NCBI GenBank assembly: GCA_951804945.1
Contig: OX638160.1
Coordinates: 41,354,001 to 41,418,000 of the forward strand
DNA length: 64,000 nt
Origin: Podarcis cretensis
Taxonomy: Eukaryota
Direction of reading: 5' to 3'
The position numbers and the translations under genes are program-made. A model generated the notes under the pieces. That model searched no databases. It was not told where the DNA came from and saw nothing but the letters and a program-made list of their open reading frames with translations. Below are positions 25,719 through 37,336 of the stretch, in pieces. How positions within the stretch are numbered: the first letter of the stretch is position 1; each line of letters starts with the position of its first letter.

Positions 25719-27423
25719 CAGTATCAGTTATATTTTATCTGCACAATCAGAATGAATTTCAGAAACCAACATGCTTTTTTCTGTGCAGCCTGAGCAGGAG
25801 CAGGAGTGAAGAATGTTATAGTTAATTGTTGTAGCTTGTCTTCACTCACCCCACCCCACTCCACTGCCCTGCTCACAGTTGTGAAGAATATTCTTACAAT
25901 ATGAGTTTATTTTTATTGTTTTTCGAGAAAAGCTTTTAAGCATATGGTCTCCAGCCTGTAGTCTGGTGGACTCTACTATGTAAACCCTGTTGTATGTCTG
26001 TCTTTAAAGTATTAATAACAGCAAGAGTTCTGTGACACCTAAAATGGTGTAGGCTTTCATGGACTACAGCCCACGTCATCAAATGCACGATGTAAGATAT
26101 TAATAAAGGAAATCCCTGACTAGAGCCATATTTCAAACACAAGAGCAGTCAGGAACACTGAACATCTACCGTCTGTTTCTAAATATATAGATACTACATG
26201 TTCTATGATGTTTATAGTTGACATCTCGCTAACTATTCTAAATGCTGGGGAAACAGACAAAGTAAATCTTAGGTCCAACATTTTATTCCCTGCTGAACAT
26301 TAGGGCATCATGATGAGTCCCATGCCGTCCTTTGTGGCATGCTTTGACCTTACCAAGCTGGTGAAATGGAGGTGGGGAGGGACTTCACCTTGAAAAAAAC
26401 TAGTCAGTAGATTCCTGCCAGTAAGTGCTCTACCAAAAATTGAAAAATGTTGGTTTTCAGGAGAGCAATAATAGAGCAATGCAAAGCATGCATTAATTGG
26501 TAGATGCATAAAAGTCAACATGTGCAGCTGTAATCTGGACTTTAAAAAATATTTGAAATACTAATTTCTAATGGAACAAATGGAATATATTCAAACTCAG
26601 TTGCTTTTGTCCTTTTGATTCAGGAACTCATTCCTGAGCTTGCTCTGCACAAATGCCAGAATGCTTTATTTTGCTTCATCACAGATTAATTGGTTTTATG
26701 GCAACTACAAATAGATTACTTCATCATCAGGATAACAGAGTACCAGGTTTCAGCCTCACAAACTTGTTTTGATCCTTTTAAATGAGAGGGCTATAAAACA
26801 GAATGGTTAAGCATGCCACCTGTCAAGAAGCAGATAGACTTGTCTTTCATTTCAATCTAGTACGGTTGGTAACTTAATATAACGTATCTGCAAATCCTCA
26901 AGAAATTTCACTGAGGTTAGAAGATAAAGTACGACAAGTTAATGTGCAATAAGAATCTCTTTGTGCCGTTTGCATGACTACATGACTTCAGCGTGACTAA
27001 GAATGTGAGCTGGTACAATCTGTTCCCTTTATAAGTTACTGGATCATTGAAAAAGTCTCTCCTCCCTACCCTCAATGAAGGGGGGCGACAAGAACAGGAG
27101 AAAGCTTTGTATCCCATGCAGCATAGTTTATTGCTAGCAAAATTTCCAGCCATGGCTGAAGTCCTATGAAACATATATTTAATATTCATGATTATTTTTC
27201 TGTACAGGATTACAGTGGGCTATGTCCAACTAAGTTCTACTCAGAGTAGTCATGTCCATTAATTTCAGTGTGTCTACTCCAAGGGTGAGTGGCACTGAAT
27301 TTAACAGAGTATGCATACAAATTACGTTTCTGTAGAAATGAGTGGGAAATTTATGAATGATTATTAGACTTTGGTATGAAGATACAACTGGAGGCTGTCT
27401 TTTCATCAGCGTTTTGTGGCCAT

Positions 27424-27491
27424 AAAACCATGGGAATGTGATTAATGGTTATCAAAACCATGGGAATGTGATTAATGGTTATTAAAACCAT
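27424..27491. repeat. 30-bp tandem duplication (2.3 copies)
   Basis: aaaaccatgggaatgtgattaatggttat(c/t) x2 plus a partial copy. Confidence 0.95.
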
Positions 27492-27671
27492 AACTTATTT
27501 GAAAGAACAGTTAAAAGCTCCAGTTTCTCAGTGCAGTTTGCCAAGACCTGCAGCTTCTTCCCTCTAAATGACCATGTGAGACCAAGTGCCCAATGAAAAT
27601 GACAACAATAGAAGAGCCAGTGGACAGCAAGAGAACACGTGAATTCATCATTATTGGCTTACATAAGTTTC

Positions 27672-27817
27672 CTAGAATTATAGAACAGTAGATTTGGAAG
27701 GGACCCTGAGGATCATCTAGTCCAACCCCCTGCAAAGCAGGAATATGCATCTGTCCTGTAGGGGGATCGAACCTGCAACCTTGGTATTATCAGCACCATG
27801 CTCTAAGCAACTGAGTT
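27672..27817 (-). mobile_element. tRNA-derived SINE with CR1-type tail (Squam3-like)
   Basis: Minus strand: ctcagttgcttagagcatggtgctgataa...ggttcgatcccc (A/B boxes), then ggttggactagatgatcctcagggtcccttccaa...ttcta. Confidence 0.8.
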
Positions 27818-28365
27818 ATGTTTCTTTAGCTTTCATAATTTTTCAGTAAAATGCTAAAATCCTGCCATTCCTTTACTCTTCCTTTTTCATATTTCAAACT
27901 TCCCTGCTAGTTCCAGCTCTTATCAAAATGGCAGTTGCCAGTCCAAATTCTTTAGTATAAGTGAAAACATATCCATGGCAGTACCTTGGAGCATTTTAAA
28001 GTCATATAACGCCTATTAATTATTGTGAAAATCATTATTCTTTGGAGTTTTTTCACAAAATTACTGTCATTGTATATTTAGTTTTGATTCACTGAAAATT
28101 ATATTTTAAAAAAATACAACTCTAGGATATGAATCCAAATATTGATATAATTCAGAACCAACGTTAAGTAAAACAAGACTCTGTAGTTGTATCATAACAA
28201 TTAAAACAATTTGCATCAGACCACCAGAGACCACCAGTGGTCTGCAAACTTCATTCAGGGGATCTGCAGTATGTGGGTATGTGGTTGAATATAGGAAATG
28301 GAACATCCATCACATTTAATATTCATATTTTAAATTGCATTTTGATTGCTTATTTTATTTCTTAT

Positions 28366-31300
28366 TGTTGTTGTTTAGTCGTTTAGTCGTGTCCGACTCT
28401 TCGTGACCCCATGGACCAGAGAACGCCAGGCACTCCTGTCCTCCACTGCCCCCCGCAGCTTGGTCAGACTCATGCTGGTAACCTCGAAAACACTATCCAA
28501 CCATCTCGTCCTCTGTCGCCCCCTTCTCCTTGTGCCCTCCATCTTTCCCAACATCAGGGTCTTCTCCAGGGAGTCTTCTCTTCTCATGAGGTGGCCAAAG
28601 TACTGGAGCCTCAGCTTCACAATCTGTCCTTCCAGTGAGCACTCAGGGCTGATTTCCTTCAGAATGGAGAGGTTTGATCTTCTTGCAGTCCATGGGACTC
28701 TCAAGAGTCTCCTCCAGCACCATAATTCAAAAGCATCAATTCTTCGGCTATCAGCCTTCTTTATGGTCCAGCTCTCACTTCCATACATCACTACTGGGAA
28801 AACCATAGTTTTAACTATACGGACCTTTGTTGGCAAGGTGATGTCTCTACTTCTCAAGATGCTGTCTAGGCCTGTCATTGCCCTTCTCCCAAGAAGCAGG
28901 CGTCTTTTAATTTCGTGGCTGCTGTCACCATCTGCAGTGATCATGGAGCCCAAGAAAGTAAAATCTCTCACTGCCTCCATTTCTTCCCCTTCTATTTGCC
29001 AGGAGGTGATGGGACCAGTAGCCATGATCTTCGTTTTTTTGATGTTGAGCTTCAGACCATATTTTGCACTCTCCTCTTTCACCCTCAATAAAAGGTTCTT
29101 TAATTCCTCCTCACTTTCTGCCATCAAGGTTGTGTCATCTGCATATCTGAGGTTGTTGATATTTCTTCCGGCAATCTTAATTCCGGCTAGGGATTCATCC
29201 AGCCCAGCCTTTCGCATGATGAATTCTGCATATAAGTTAAATAAGCAGGGAGACAAAATGCAGCCTTGTCGTACTCCTTTCCCAATTTTGAACCAGTCAG
29301 TTGTTCCATATCCAGTTCTAACTGTAGCTTCTTGTCCCACATAGAGATTTCTCAGGAGACAGATGAGGTGATCAGGCACTCCCATTTCTTTAAGAACTTG
29401 CCATAGTTTGCCATGGTCGACACAGTCAAAGGCTTTTGCATAGTCAATGAAGCAGAAGTAAATGTCTTTCTGGAACTCTCTAGCTTTCTCCATAATCCAG
29501 CGCATGTTTGCAATTTGGTCTCTGGTTCCTCTGCCTCTTCTAAATCCAGCTTGCACTTCTGGGAGTTCTCGGTCCACATACTGCTTGAGCCTTCCTTGTA
29601 GAATTTTAAGCATAACCTTGCTAGCGTGAGAAATTAGTGCAATTGTGCGATAGTTGGAGCATTCTTTGGCACTGCCCTTCTTTGGGATTGGGATGTAGAC
29701 TGATCTTCTCCAATCTTCTGGCCACTGCTGAGTTTTCCAAACTTGCTGGCATATTGAGTGTAGCACCTTAACAGCATCATCTTTTAAAATTTTAAATAGT
29801 TCAGCTGGAATACCATCACTTCCACTGGCCTTGTTATTTGCAGTGCTTTCTAAGGCCCATTTGACTTCACTCTCCAGGATGTCTGGCTCAAGGTCAGCAA
29901 CCACACTACCTGGGGTATATGAGACATCCGTTTCTTTCTGGTATAATTCCTCTGTGTATTCTTGCCACCTCTTCTTGATGTCTTCTGCTTCTGTTAGGTC
30001 CTTTCCACTTTTGTCCTTTATTATGGAAATCTTTGTACGAAATGTTCCTTTCATATCTCCAATTTTCTTGAACAGATCTCTGGTTCTTCCCATTCTATTG
30101 CTTTCCTCTATTTCTTTGCATTGCTTGTTTAAGAAGGTCTTCTTGTCTCTCCTTGCTATTCTTTGGAAATCTGCATTCAATTTCCTGTATGTTTCACGAT
30201 CTCCCTTGCATTTTGCTTGCCTTCTCTCCCCCGCTATTTGTAAGGCCTCATTGGACAGCCACTTTGCTTTCTTGCATTTCCTTTTCATTGGGATGGTTTT
30301 CATTGCTGCCTCCTGTATAATGTTACGAGCCTCCACCCATAGTTCTTCAGGCACTCTGTCCACCAAATCTAAATCCTTAAACCTGTTCCTCACTTCCACT
30401 GTGTATTCATAAGGGATTTGACTTAGATTGTATCTTACCGGCCCAGTGGTTTTTCCTACTTTCTTCAGTTTAAGCTTGAATTTTGCTATAAGAAGCTGAT
30501 GATCTGAGCCACAGTCAGCTCCAGGTCTTGTTTTTGCTGACTGTATAGAGCTTCTCCATCTTTGGCTGCAGAGAATATAATCAATCTGATTTCGATGCTG
30601 CCCATCTGGTGATGTCCATGTGTAGAGTCGTCTCTTGTGTTGTTGGAAAAGCGTGTTTGTGATGACCAGCTTGTTCTCTTGACAGAACTCTATTAGCCTT
30701 TGCCCTGCTTCGTTTTGATCTCCAAGGCCAAACTTGCCAGTTGTTCCTTTTATCTCTTGACTCCCTACTTTAGCATTCCAATCCCCTATAATGAGAAGAA
30801 CATCCTTCTTTGGTGTCACTTCTATAAGGTGTTGTAAGTCTTCATAGAATTGGTCAATTTCAGTTTCTTCAGCACCAGTAGTTGGTGCATAAACTTGGAT
30901 TACTGTGATGTTAAAAGGTCTGCCTTGGATTCGTATCGAGATCATTCTATCATTTTTGAGATTGCATCCCAGTACAGCTTTTGCCACTCTTTTGTTGACT
31001 ATGAGGGCCACTCCATTTCTTTTACGGGTTTCTTGCCCACAGTAGTAGATATGATGGTCATCCGAACTGAATTCACCCATTCCCGTCCATTTTAGTTCAC
31101 TGATGCCCAGGATGTCAATATTTATTCTTGCCATCTCATTTTTGACCACCTCCAACTTACCCATGTTCATGGTTCTTACATTCCAGGTTCCTATGCAATA
31201 TTTTTCTTTACAGCATTGGACTTTCCTTTCGCTTCCAGGCATATCCGCAACTGAGCGTCCTTTCGGCTTTGGCCCAGCCGCTTCATCAGCTCTGGATCTA

Positions 31301-31581
31301 CTTGTACTTGCCCTCCGCTCTTCCCCAGTAGCATGTTGGACGCCTTCCGACCTGAGGGGCTCATCTTCCAGCGTCATAACTTTTATATGCCTGTTGTCTT
31401 TGTCCATGGAGTTTTCTTGGCAGGGATACTGGAGTGGCTTGCCGGTTCCTCCTCCAGGTGGATCACGTTTGGTCAAAACTCTCCACTATGACCTGTTCAT
31501 CTTGGGTGCCCTGCTCGGCATAGTTCATAGCTTCTCTGAGTTCTTCAAGCCCCTTCGCCACGGCAAGGCAGTGATCCATGA
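28366..31581 (-). mobile_element. Full-length BovB (RTE clade) LINE, ~3.2 kb
   Basis: Single long APE-RT ORF and BovB-like 5' region. 3' end GAAGAGTCGGACACGACTAAACGACTAA + (CAA)n tail. Perfect 9-bp TSD ATTTCTTAT at 28357-28365 and 31582-31590. Confidence 0.97.
28375..31407 (-). CDS. BovB endonuclease/reverse transcriptase ORF (1010 aa from first ATG; frame open from TTG at 31476)
   Basis: APE motifs GTWNVRTM, ILGISE, GDWNAKVG, IDYIL, SDH. RT motifs QGCILSPCLFNLY and YADD. RTE-type C-terminus (YFGHLMRR, W..LV). No stops or frameshifts. Confidence 0.96.
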   Translation of the reverse strand: MDKDNRHIKVMTLEDEPLRSEGVQHATGEERRASTSRSRADEAAGPKPKGRSVADMPGSERKVQCCKEKYCIGTWNVRTMNMGKLEVVKNEMARINIDILGISELKWTGMGEFSSDDHHIYYCGQETRKRNGVALIVNKRVAKAVLGCNLKNDRMISIRIQGRPFNITVIQVYAPTTGAEETEIDQFYEDLQHLIEVTPKKDVLLIIGDWNAKVGSQEIKGTTGKFGLGDQNEAGQRLIEFCQENKLVITNTLFQQHKRRLYTWTSPDGQHRNQIDYILCSQRWRSSIQSAKTRPGADCGSDHQLLIAKFKLKLKKVGKTTGPVRYNLSQIPYEYTVEVRNRFKDLDLVDRVPEELWVEARNIIQEAAMKTIPMKRKCKKAKWLSNEALQIAGERRQAKCKGDRETYRKLNADFQRIARRDKKTFLNKQCKEIEESNRMGRTRDLFKKIGDMKGTFRTKISIIKDKSGKDLTEAEDIKKRWQEYTEELYQKETDVSYTPGSVVADLEPDILESEVKWALESTANNKASGSDGIPAELFKILKDDAVKVLHSICQQVWKTQQWPEDWRRSVYIPIPKKGSAKECSNYRTIALISHASKVMLKILQGRLKQYVDRELPEVQAGFRRGRGTRDQIANMRWIMEKAREFQKDIYFCFIDYAKAFDCVDHGKLWQVLKEMGVPDHLICLLRNLYVGQEATVRTGYGTTDWFKIGKGVRQGCILSPCLFNLYAEFIMRKAGLDESLAGIKIAGRNINNLRYADDTTLMAESEEELKNLLLRVKEESAKYGLKLNIKKTKIMATGPITSWQIEGEEMEAVRDFTFLGSMITADGDSSHEIKRRLLLGRRAMTGLDSILRSRDITLPTKVRIVKTMVFPVVMYGSESWTIKKADSRRIDAFELWCWRRLLRVPWTARRSNLSILKEISPECSLEGQIVKLRLQYFGHLMRREDSLEKTLMLGKMEGTRRRGRQRTRWLDSVFEVTSMSLTKLRGAVEDRSAWRSLVHGVTKSRTRLND

Positions 31582-31824
31582 ATTTCTTATATATGTATTT
31601 TATTATGTTATAGTGTGAATTCTAGGAAATTACAATTAAAATACAACTAAAAATCATGCAGTATCTAGCACAGTACACTGCAATTGCAGCACCAGGCAGA
31701 ACAACCATTAAGTTGTCTGCCAAGACCTTCAGCGATTTTCAAGTGGTCCATGGGAAATAAAAGTTTGAGAACCACTGATTTAGGCACTTCAAAACTTATT
31801 TCTAATGAGGCTATATGAAGTCTG

Positions 31825-32148
31825 TGTTGGGATTCGCAGGGTGATGAGTAAGTCTGCAGGCTTCAACAGGCTGATGCAATACTCTGTGAAGTGCTGGGTC
31901 AGAGTGACTCAGCAGGAATGTGATTGGCTATCACCTGTTTTAAAAGGAAAGCCTGTTCAACAGTAATGGTGGTTGTGCTGTAGTGTGGTGGTGCTGTGGT
32001 GGAGAGTATTCGTTTGCCTTAAGGAGCAGGTACTCTGTATGGACTGTTTTTGTAAATACCTGTATATAGCTCACATTAAAAAGACTGCACTGGAAGAACC
32101 TGGGACTCTGAGCGTTTCGCTAAAAAGCGCCGCGAGGAATTCGCGACA
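31825..32148 (+). mobile_element. Solo LTR (324 bp, Gypsy-like)
   Basis: TGTTGGGATTC...GAATTCGCGACA termini. Perfect 5-bp TSD GTCTG (31820-31824, 32149-32153). GATTGG (reverse CCAAT) ~31922, TTTAAAA ~31938, ATTAAA ~32075. Confidence 0.85.
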
Positions 32149-32359
32149 GTCTGAACTTTTATATCCATGTGAAAAATCGACCACATATATTACATTGCTA
32201 AGATACCATTGTAAAGTTCCCGTTTTGAAAATGTCCCAGCTTAGCTTATCTAGCAAGATTTTCCAAATCAGCTGACCATTTGTTAGTTCCTCAGCGCGTA
32301 AAGCAAATCACTACAGATCCTCAAAATCAGCTTTCCACATTCAGCTGCTTATGGAGGCC

Positions 32360-32680
32360 TAGTGACTCACTGATGTGTAAATAATTGACTCATCAAGCAA
32401 AAAGACACAAAAGCAAATAGATCAATATCCCACTTGCAAACTTGCTTACAGAGCTCAGAAAAACCTCAATTCACTTTATTTCCTTTATTTCATTCAATGA
32501 GTCAATTAACTCTGCAGAGCCTTATGATCTAATTCAGCATGTATAATGATCAACAATTGCTGACACTTTTGATTAAACTTTTAAATTGCCTCTTAATATA
32601 ATTTAAACATGTGGGAGGGTGGGGCAGGGGCACAGCTATTGACTGAAGTATTCTAAAATGTAACACACTGACTCAAGTTC
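32360..32680. promoter_or_regulatory. Candidate enhancer: cluster of AP-1 sites
   Basis: TGACTCA at 32363, 32386 and 32669; TGAGTCA at 32498; several TAAT cores; no obvious repeat origin. Confidence 0.4.
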
Positions 32681-33902
32681 TGAGAAGCCCAAATAGCCAC
32701 TTCAGGTGATGGGAACCAATCGCTTTTAATGTTATCTCACATCAGCGTCACATGAATTTTGTGTACACCAATAATCTCATTATGCCACCCTTGTTTTCTA
32801 CTGATTGCAGGCATGATTCACATTTCTCTACAAAAATTTGCAGACTTCCACTGACAGAAGGCGCATAGTTGCCCAAAGCTTGTCAGCTAAATCGCTTGCT
32901 TGGATGAATTCAGGAACATGTCACCCACCATCATTAACCAGGACAAAAATCTGGGGACAGGCCAAGCACTAATCCCCTCCACCAACCTCCCTTGCATGCC
33001 AGGATGTAGTATGGTATTGGATGGAAGTGATCCTTTTCCATCTCTTCTTTCATTTAGCCCCAGAAGAATGCATGGAACAGAACCTGCAAAAGATCAGCTG
33101 TTTGGGTCACCACTTTGGGAACACTATGAGTGGAAATGCAATGTGTTTATAAGTAAACAAAAACAAATAGCTGCTATCCTCTTCTTGCCTGTTTTCCATG
33201 TGACTGGTAAAGTTTTGTTAAAATGGTACAGAAATCTAGAACACTGAGATATTTTTCTCTTAAAAATCAGAACTTTCTTTTTTTAAAAAAAAACACCCCG
33301 AAAACATAGCCTTTGAAAGGAAAGTTGTTAAAGTAATAAAGGGAGAAAGTTAGGATGGGTGCCTGGGGAGACTGCCCCACACATTGCATGGAAAGGGTAG
33401 ATTTGACTGTGGAAGGAACAGAAGTGACCTCATCTGCAGGTAGACCTGCCAAAGCATAAGTTACTGGCTGCAGTAATTCTTCTTCTCCATGCCCCTTTGT
33501 TTCAATAGAATCCTTGCAAGTGCAAAGAACAGACACTTTGCCATCTGCATGGTGACTAAGTCAGCCACACTTATAAGGGGAAAGAAGCCTAGGGAACAGC
33601 CACCAAATGTAACCAAGTCACTTGTGGTACAAACGGCCAAAATTAAAGCCTTAAATTCACCCCTAGCTTTGACCCTACCATTCTCATATGTTGGATTTCT
33701 TGAGCCATCTGACCTGAGCCATCTGACTGCTGAGCTATCACTGTGTAACACAGTTCCTGACACCATTTACAGAATGTTTCCTGCGTCTCTTCTGGGTGAT
33801 AGCCCAAAGTCCAACAATAAATATAAGACCTTGGCTAGGGTTGAACATAAAATTGTACAATTGAAGCTACAGACCAACAAAATGTTCATAAGCTTAAGCA
33901 TA

Positions 33903-34265
33903 AAGGTAAAGGTAAAGGTACCCCTGCCCGTACGGGCCAGTCTTGACAGACTCTGGGGTTGTGCGCCCATCTCACTTAAGAGGCCGGGGGCCAGCGCTGT
34001 CCGGAGACACTTCCGGGTCACGTGGCCAGCGTGACATCGCTGCTCTGGCGAGCCAGAGCCGCACACGGAAACGCTGTTTACCTTCCCGCTGGTAAGCGGT
34101 CCCTATTTATCTACTTGCACCCGGAGGTGCTTTCGAACTGCTAGGTTGGCAGGTGCTGGGACCGAGCAGCGGGAGCGCACCCCGCCGCAGGGATTCGAAC
34201 CGCCGACCTTTCGATCGGCAAGTCCTAGGCGCTGAGGCTTTAACCCACAGTGCCACCTGCGTCCC
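33903..34265 (-). mobile_element. Sauria SINE, full length, young CpG-rich variant
   Basis: Reverse-complement head and (TAAAGG)n tail, intact B box GGTTCGAATCC. Perfect TSD AAGCTTAAGCATA (33890-33902, 34266-34278). Confidence 0.93.
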
Positions 34266-36999
34266 AAGCTTAAGCATACATTCATAGAAATGCAGGGAAA
34301 TCATGGAGGAGAATGTGTTGGATCCTTGCTTTTCTTAATCTTTTCTTCCATGTCACCTTCTGACTTTATGCATACTACAGGGGGGGGAAAGAAGAATCCC
34401 AGCCGAAAAACCCTGTTCCATTTGTCCTCTAGGATCTTGCCATGCACTGATAACAGCCAACCCCTGAATTTCTAGGCCTGTTTAACTGATTGCCACACTT
34501 AATGGGCTGAAAAAGACCCCCTCCACCAAAACACAACCCATCACTAAGGGAAGCCAAGAAATCACTTGCTGCTAATGACTGGCAAAACTCCACTTGGCTG
34601 GGCCTTTTTCCAGCTCCCCCCCCCCAAAAAAAAAAACCACTCACCTTGTGTCTTTTTGAGTTTTTAAGAGAAACCAAATAGGTGAAATATGCCTCTTCCT
34701 AGAGCTGGCCTGCCCATGAGGTAGACTGAGGCAGCTGCCTTGGGCAGTGGAATCCTGCAAGGGTGGGGTCCCCACAGGTGTCCCTGCAGCCACTCCCAAA
34801 GAAGGAAGGAGAAGTGGCGGCAGCTTCTGGTGAGATCTTGCAGCTGCCACCACTTCTCACTTCTCCAGTGGCAGGGGGTGCTGCCCCCACTGCCATGAAA
34901 GATAGAAGTGGCTGTTGCTTCCAGGGAGATCTCATAGACTTCTTGTGAGATCTTGCCAGGAACCACACATTAAGTATAATGGTTTAATTGACACAGAAAT
35001 GAAGAATGGCTGAAGGTATATTGAAAAGGTTTAACATGTTGTTGTTTTCCCATGAGGCTATATCAAAAGCAGGGAGCACTTTGAGGTCTTGCTAAGTTAA
35101 TGATTAACTAGGTGATTGTTGTTTTTCTGGTAGCTAACATGTGAGTCTTGTAACCTTAGATCATGTGGTAAAGGCATTGAGTTGCAAATCTCCATTTTTA
35201 AGGGAGTTGCCTTTGTGTCTTTTCTCCCAAACTCAATGGAGTGAAAATGTAAAATAAGCTCTTTTGAAGGGTGAATAAACAGCCTGGAGGCAGGAATGCA
35301 GGCTGCAGAAAGAGAGAGAGAGACCCCTATGCTTTTATGTGTGTTTGGATTATTTCATATTTTGTAAGAGGCTGAGCCTGTGCTGGACAGTACAAGACAT
35401 TGTATGATATTTTGAACATATCATTTGATGTATTCTGCTTTATTTTAAAGAGTTCTATCAGTAAAAGTTTAAATAATATTTTTATGGGTCTGGGCAATGA
35501 TTTATTCCAAAAAGGAGTCAGTTCTTATGCTTCCAGTTGCTTCAAACTGTGCATTATTAATATCTGCAACAACACAGCCATGAGACCCTGGTAAGTGAGG
35601 CTTCAGCGGAGGGAAGGCAAAGCGGGGTGGGCCACCCCTGCCTCTTCCACCCCAGTTTCCCCAGTCCTTTCCCAAGCAAGGAACTCAACTGTTGAGAAGG
35701 ACCAGAGAATAAGCAGGATGAGGAAGCAGAATAAATACAAGAACGATCTTTGCAACTTTTCCTTAACTGGAAATGATGCTGCTGAGTATGTTCAGGAATA
35801 CCATTTGGTTGTCCCCACCTCCCTTCTCAGAGGCAAAATGTTACTGTTTGTAAGGAGGGGTCTTGCAGGAGATCTGTGTAGTGGTAGAGGCAAATTCAAT
35901 TGTAATAAAAAGGGCCCAAATTATTATTATTATTTGTACCCCATCCATCTAACTGGGTTGCCCCAAGCCACTCTGGACAGCTTCTGACATACAATGTCTC
36001 TGCTTATTTATCTTTTTACATAAGTTCTGAGTTATGTCTCCTCCAAATAAAACTGAAACTCTTAAGGACTTCAGATTTCCTTTACAGCTGAAGGAAGAAA
36101 ATACAAGAGGGAGAGGGAGAGAAAGATTTCATAAAAAGAGAAAATCAGTGCAATTGCATGTAAATGTTTACTGTATTCTAAAGTAGAAGCCAAATATAGA
36201 ATAATTCTGATTCCTCTCCACACCCCTTACAAATTCTGCATTTTTGGATCCCAGCAGGAGCTCATGAAAACAGATACTTTGAAACTTTGATATTCCATTT
36301 CTGGATTTCAGTACCGATAGGACAGGAAAACTGTGTAGATAAATTTCTTTAATCTTAAATGCTGAGTAGATTATAAGATTTAAAGTAACCCCTCTGAAAG
36401 CTATATATTAACAGGACATAAATCCTCTTTTTCCTATTACTAAAATTTAAGAGTGGATATTTACATGTTATTCAAGGGGTTACGGAAACCTCTTAAGTGT
36501 AAGTACTACATGTGCATTATGAAATGGATTATTAATAATACATCCTTATCTGTCTTCAACAGAAAGAATAACCACAAGTATCTATGTCTCTCTTATATCT
36601 GTCTCAAGTACTGCTTGCATAATGCGTAGCGCCTCTAACTGTTAGACTGCTTCGTTGGTTAATTTATTGTTCAGAAGAGAGTAAGTAAGAAGCTATATAA
36701 TGCTATAATACTTTCAATTGTATCCTCTACTTCACCTGATGTCAGCAGGCTTGTTTAAGGGGTGCATGTCAGGCTGTGTGGCACACACACCTCTGTTCTT
36801 CAACAACTCATCACTGCTGCCCAGTGCCCAGCAGCTGCCACCTGAAGCAGCTGAGCTGCCTCACTCTACCTGACAATAGAGCTGGTCTGATAGTAGATAT
36901 TCTTCATTTAAAATGTGGCTTTCTATCAGATTTCATAAAAGTACACAAGTGTTTTACAGAAATTGCACACTGGGCATGTTCGGAGGAGTCTAAAAAATT

Positions 37000-37336
37000 A
37001 TTTGTGTCCCTCCTCAATGTGAGGTTCAGAAGGTGGCAACACGAGAACTGGCCTTCTCTGTAGTAGCTCCCCATTTGTGGACAGGTTTGTCTGGCGCCCA
37101 GATTATATATTTTCAGGCACCAGGAAAAAACATTCCTTTTCAACATGGCCTTTGGCTGATTAATATTCTACAGCCTTTTAAATGTGCCCATGGGAAGGGG
37201 GGTATTGTTTCGCTCTTTTGTTTTACTTATTTTCATGTTTTTATCCTGTATTTTACTCTGTGAACCGCACTGTGATCTTATGATAAAGGGTGGCATGTAA
37301 ATCAACTAACTAAATAAATTAAATAAAATAAAAAAT
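37000..37336 (+). mobile_element. L2 LINE 3' end
   Basis: RELAFSVVAPHLW motif, tgtgaaccgc...gggtggcatgtaaat and (AAAAT)n tail. Confidence 0.72.

Larger units (their letters stand above)
28218..31777. mobile_element. Old hAT-Charlie-type MITE split by the BovB insertion (pieces ~28218-28365 and 31582-31777)
   Basis: Right end gtggtccatgggaaataaaagtttgagaaccactg is the reverse complement of a CAGTGGTTCTCAAAC Charlie-type terminus. Left piece gaccaccagtggtctgcaaacttcattcagg resembles a subterminal region. Left TIR not resolved. Confidence 0.55.

Noticed and set aside
27740-27817. Possible tRNA gene (also SINE heads at 12616, 34265 and 62890)
   Set aside because: A/B boxes are fused to SINE bodies and tails and no complete cloverleaf is evident.
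28403-31618. Plus-strand ORFs (313, 193, 171 aa) overlapping BovB
   Set aside because: Antisense shadows of the RT ORF; no independent motifs.
33489-34034. 181-aa ORF
   Set aside because: Ends inside an antisense Sauria SINE; no recognisable homology.
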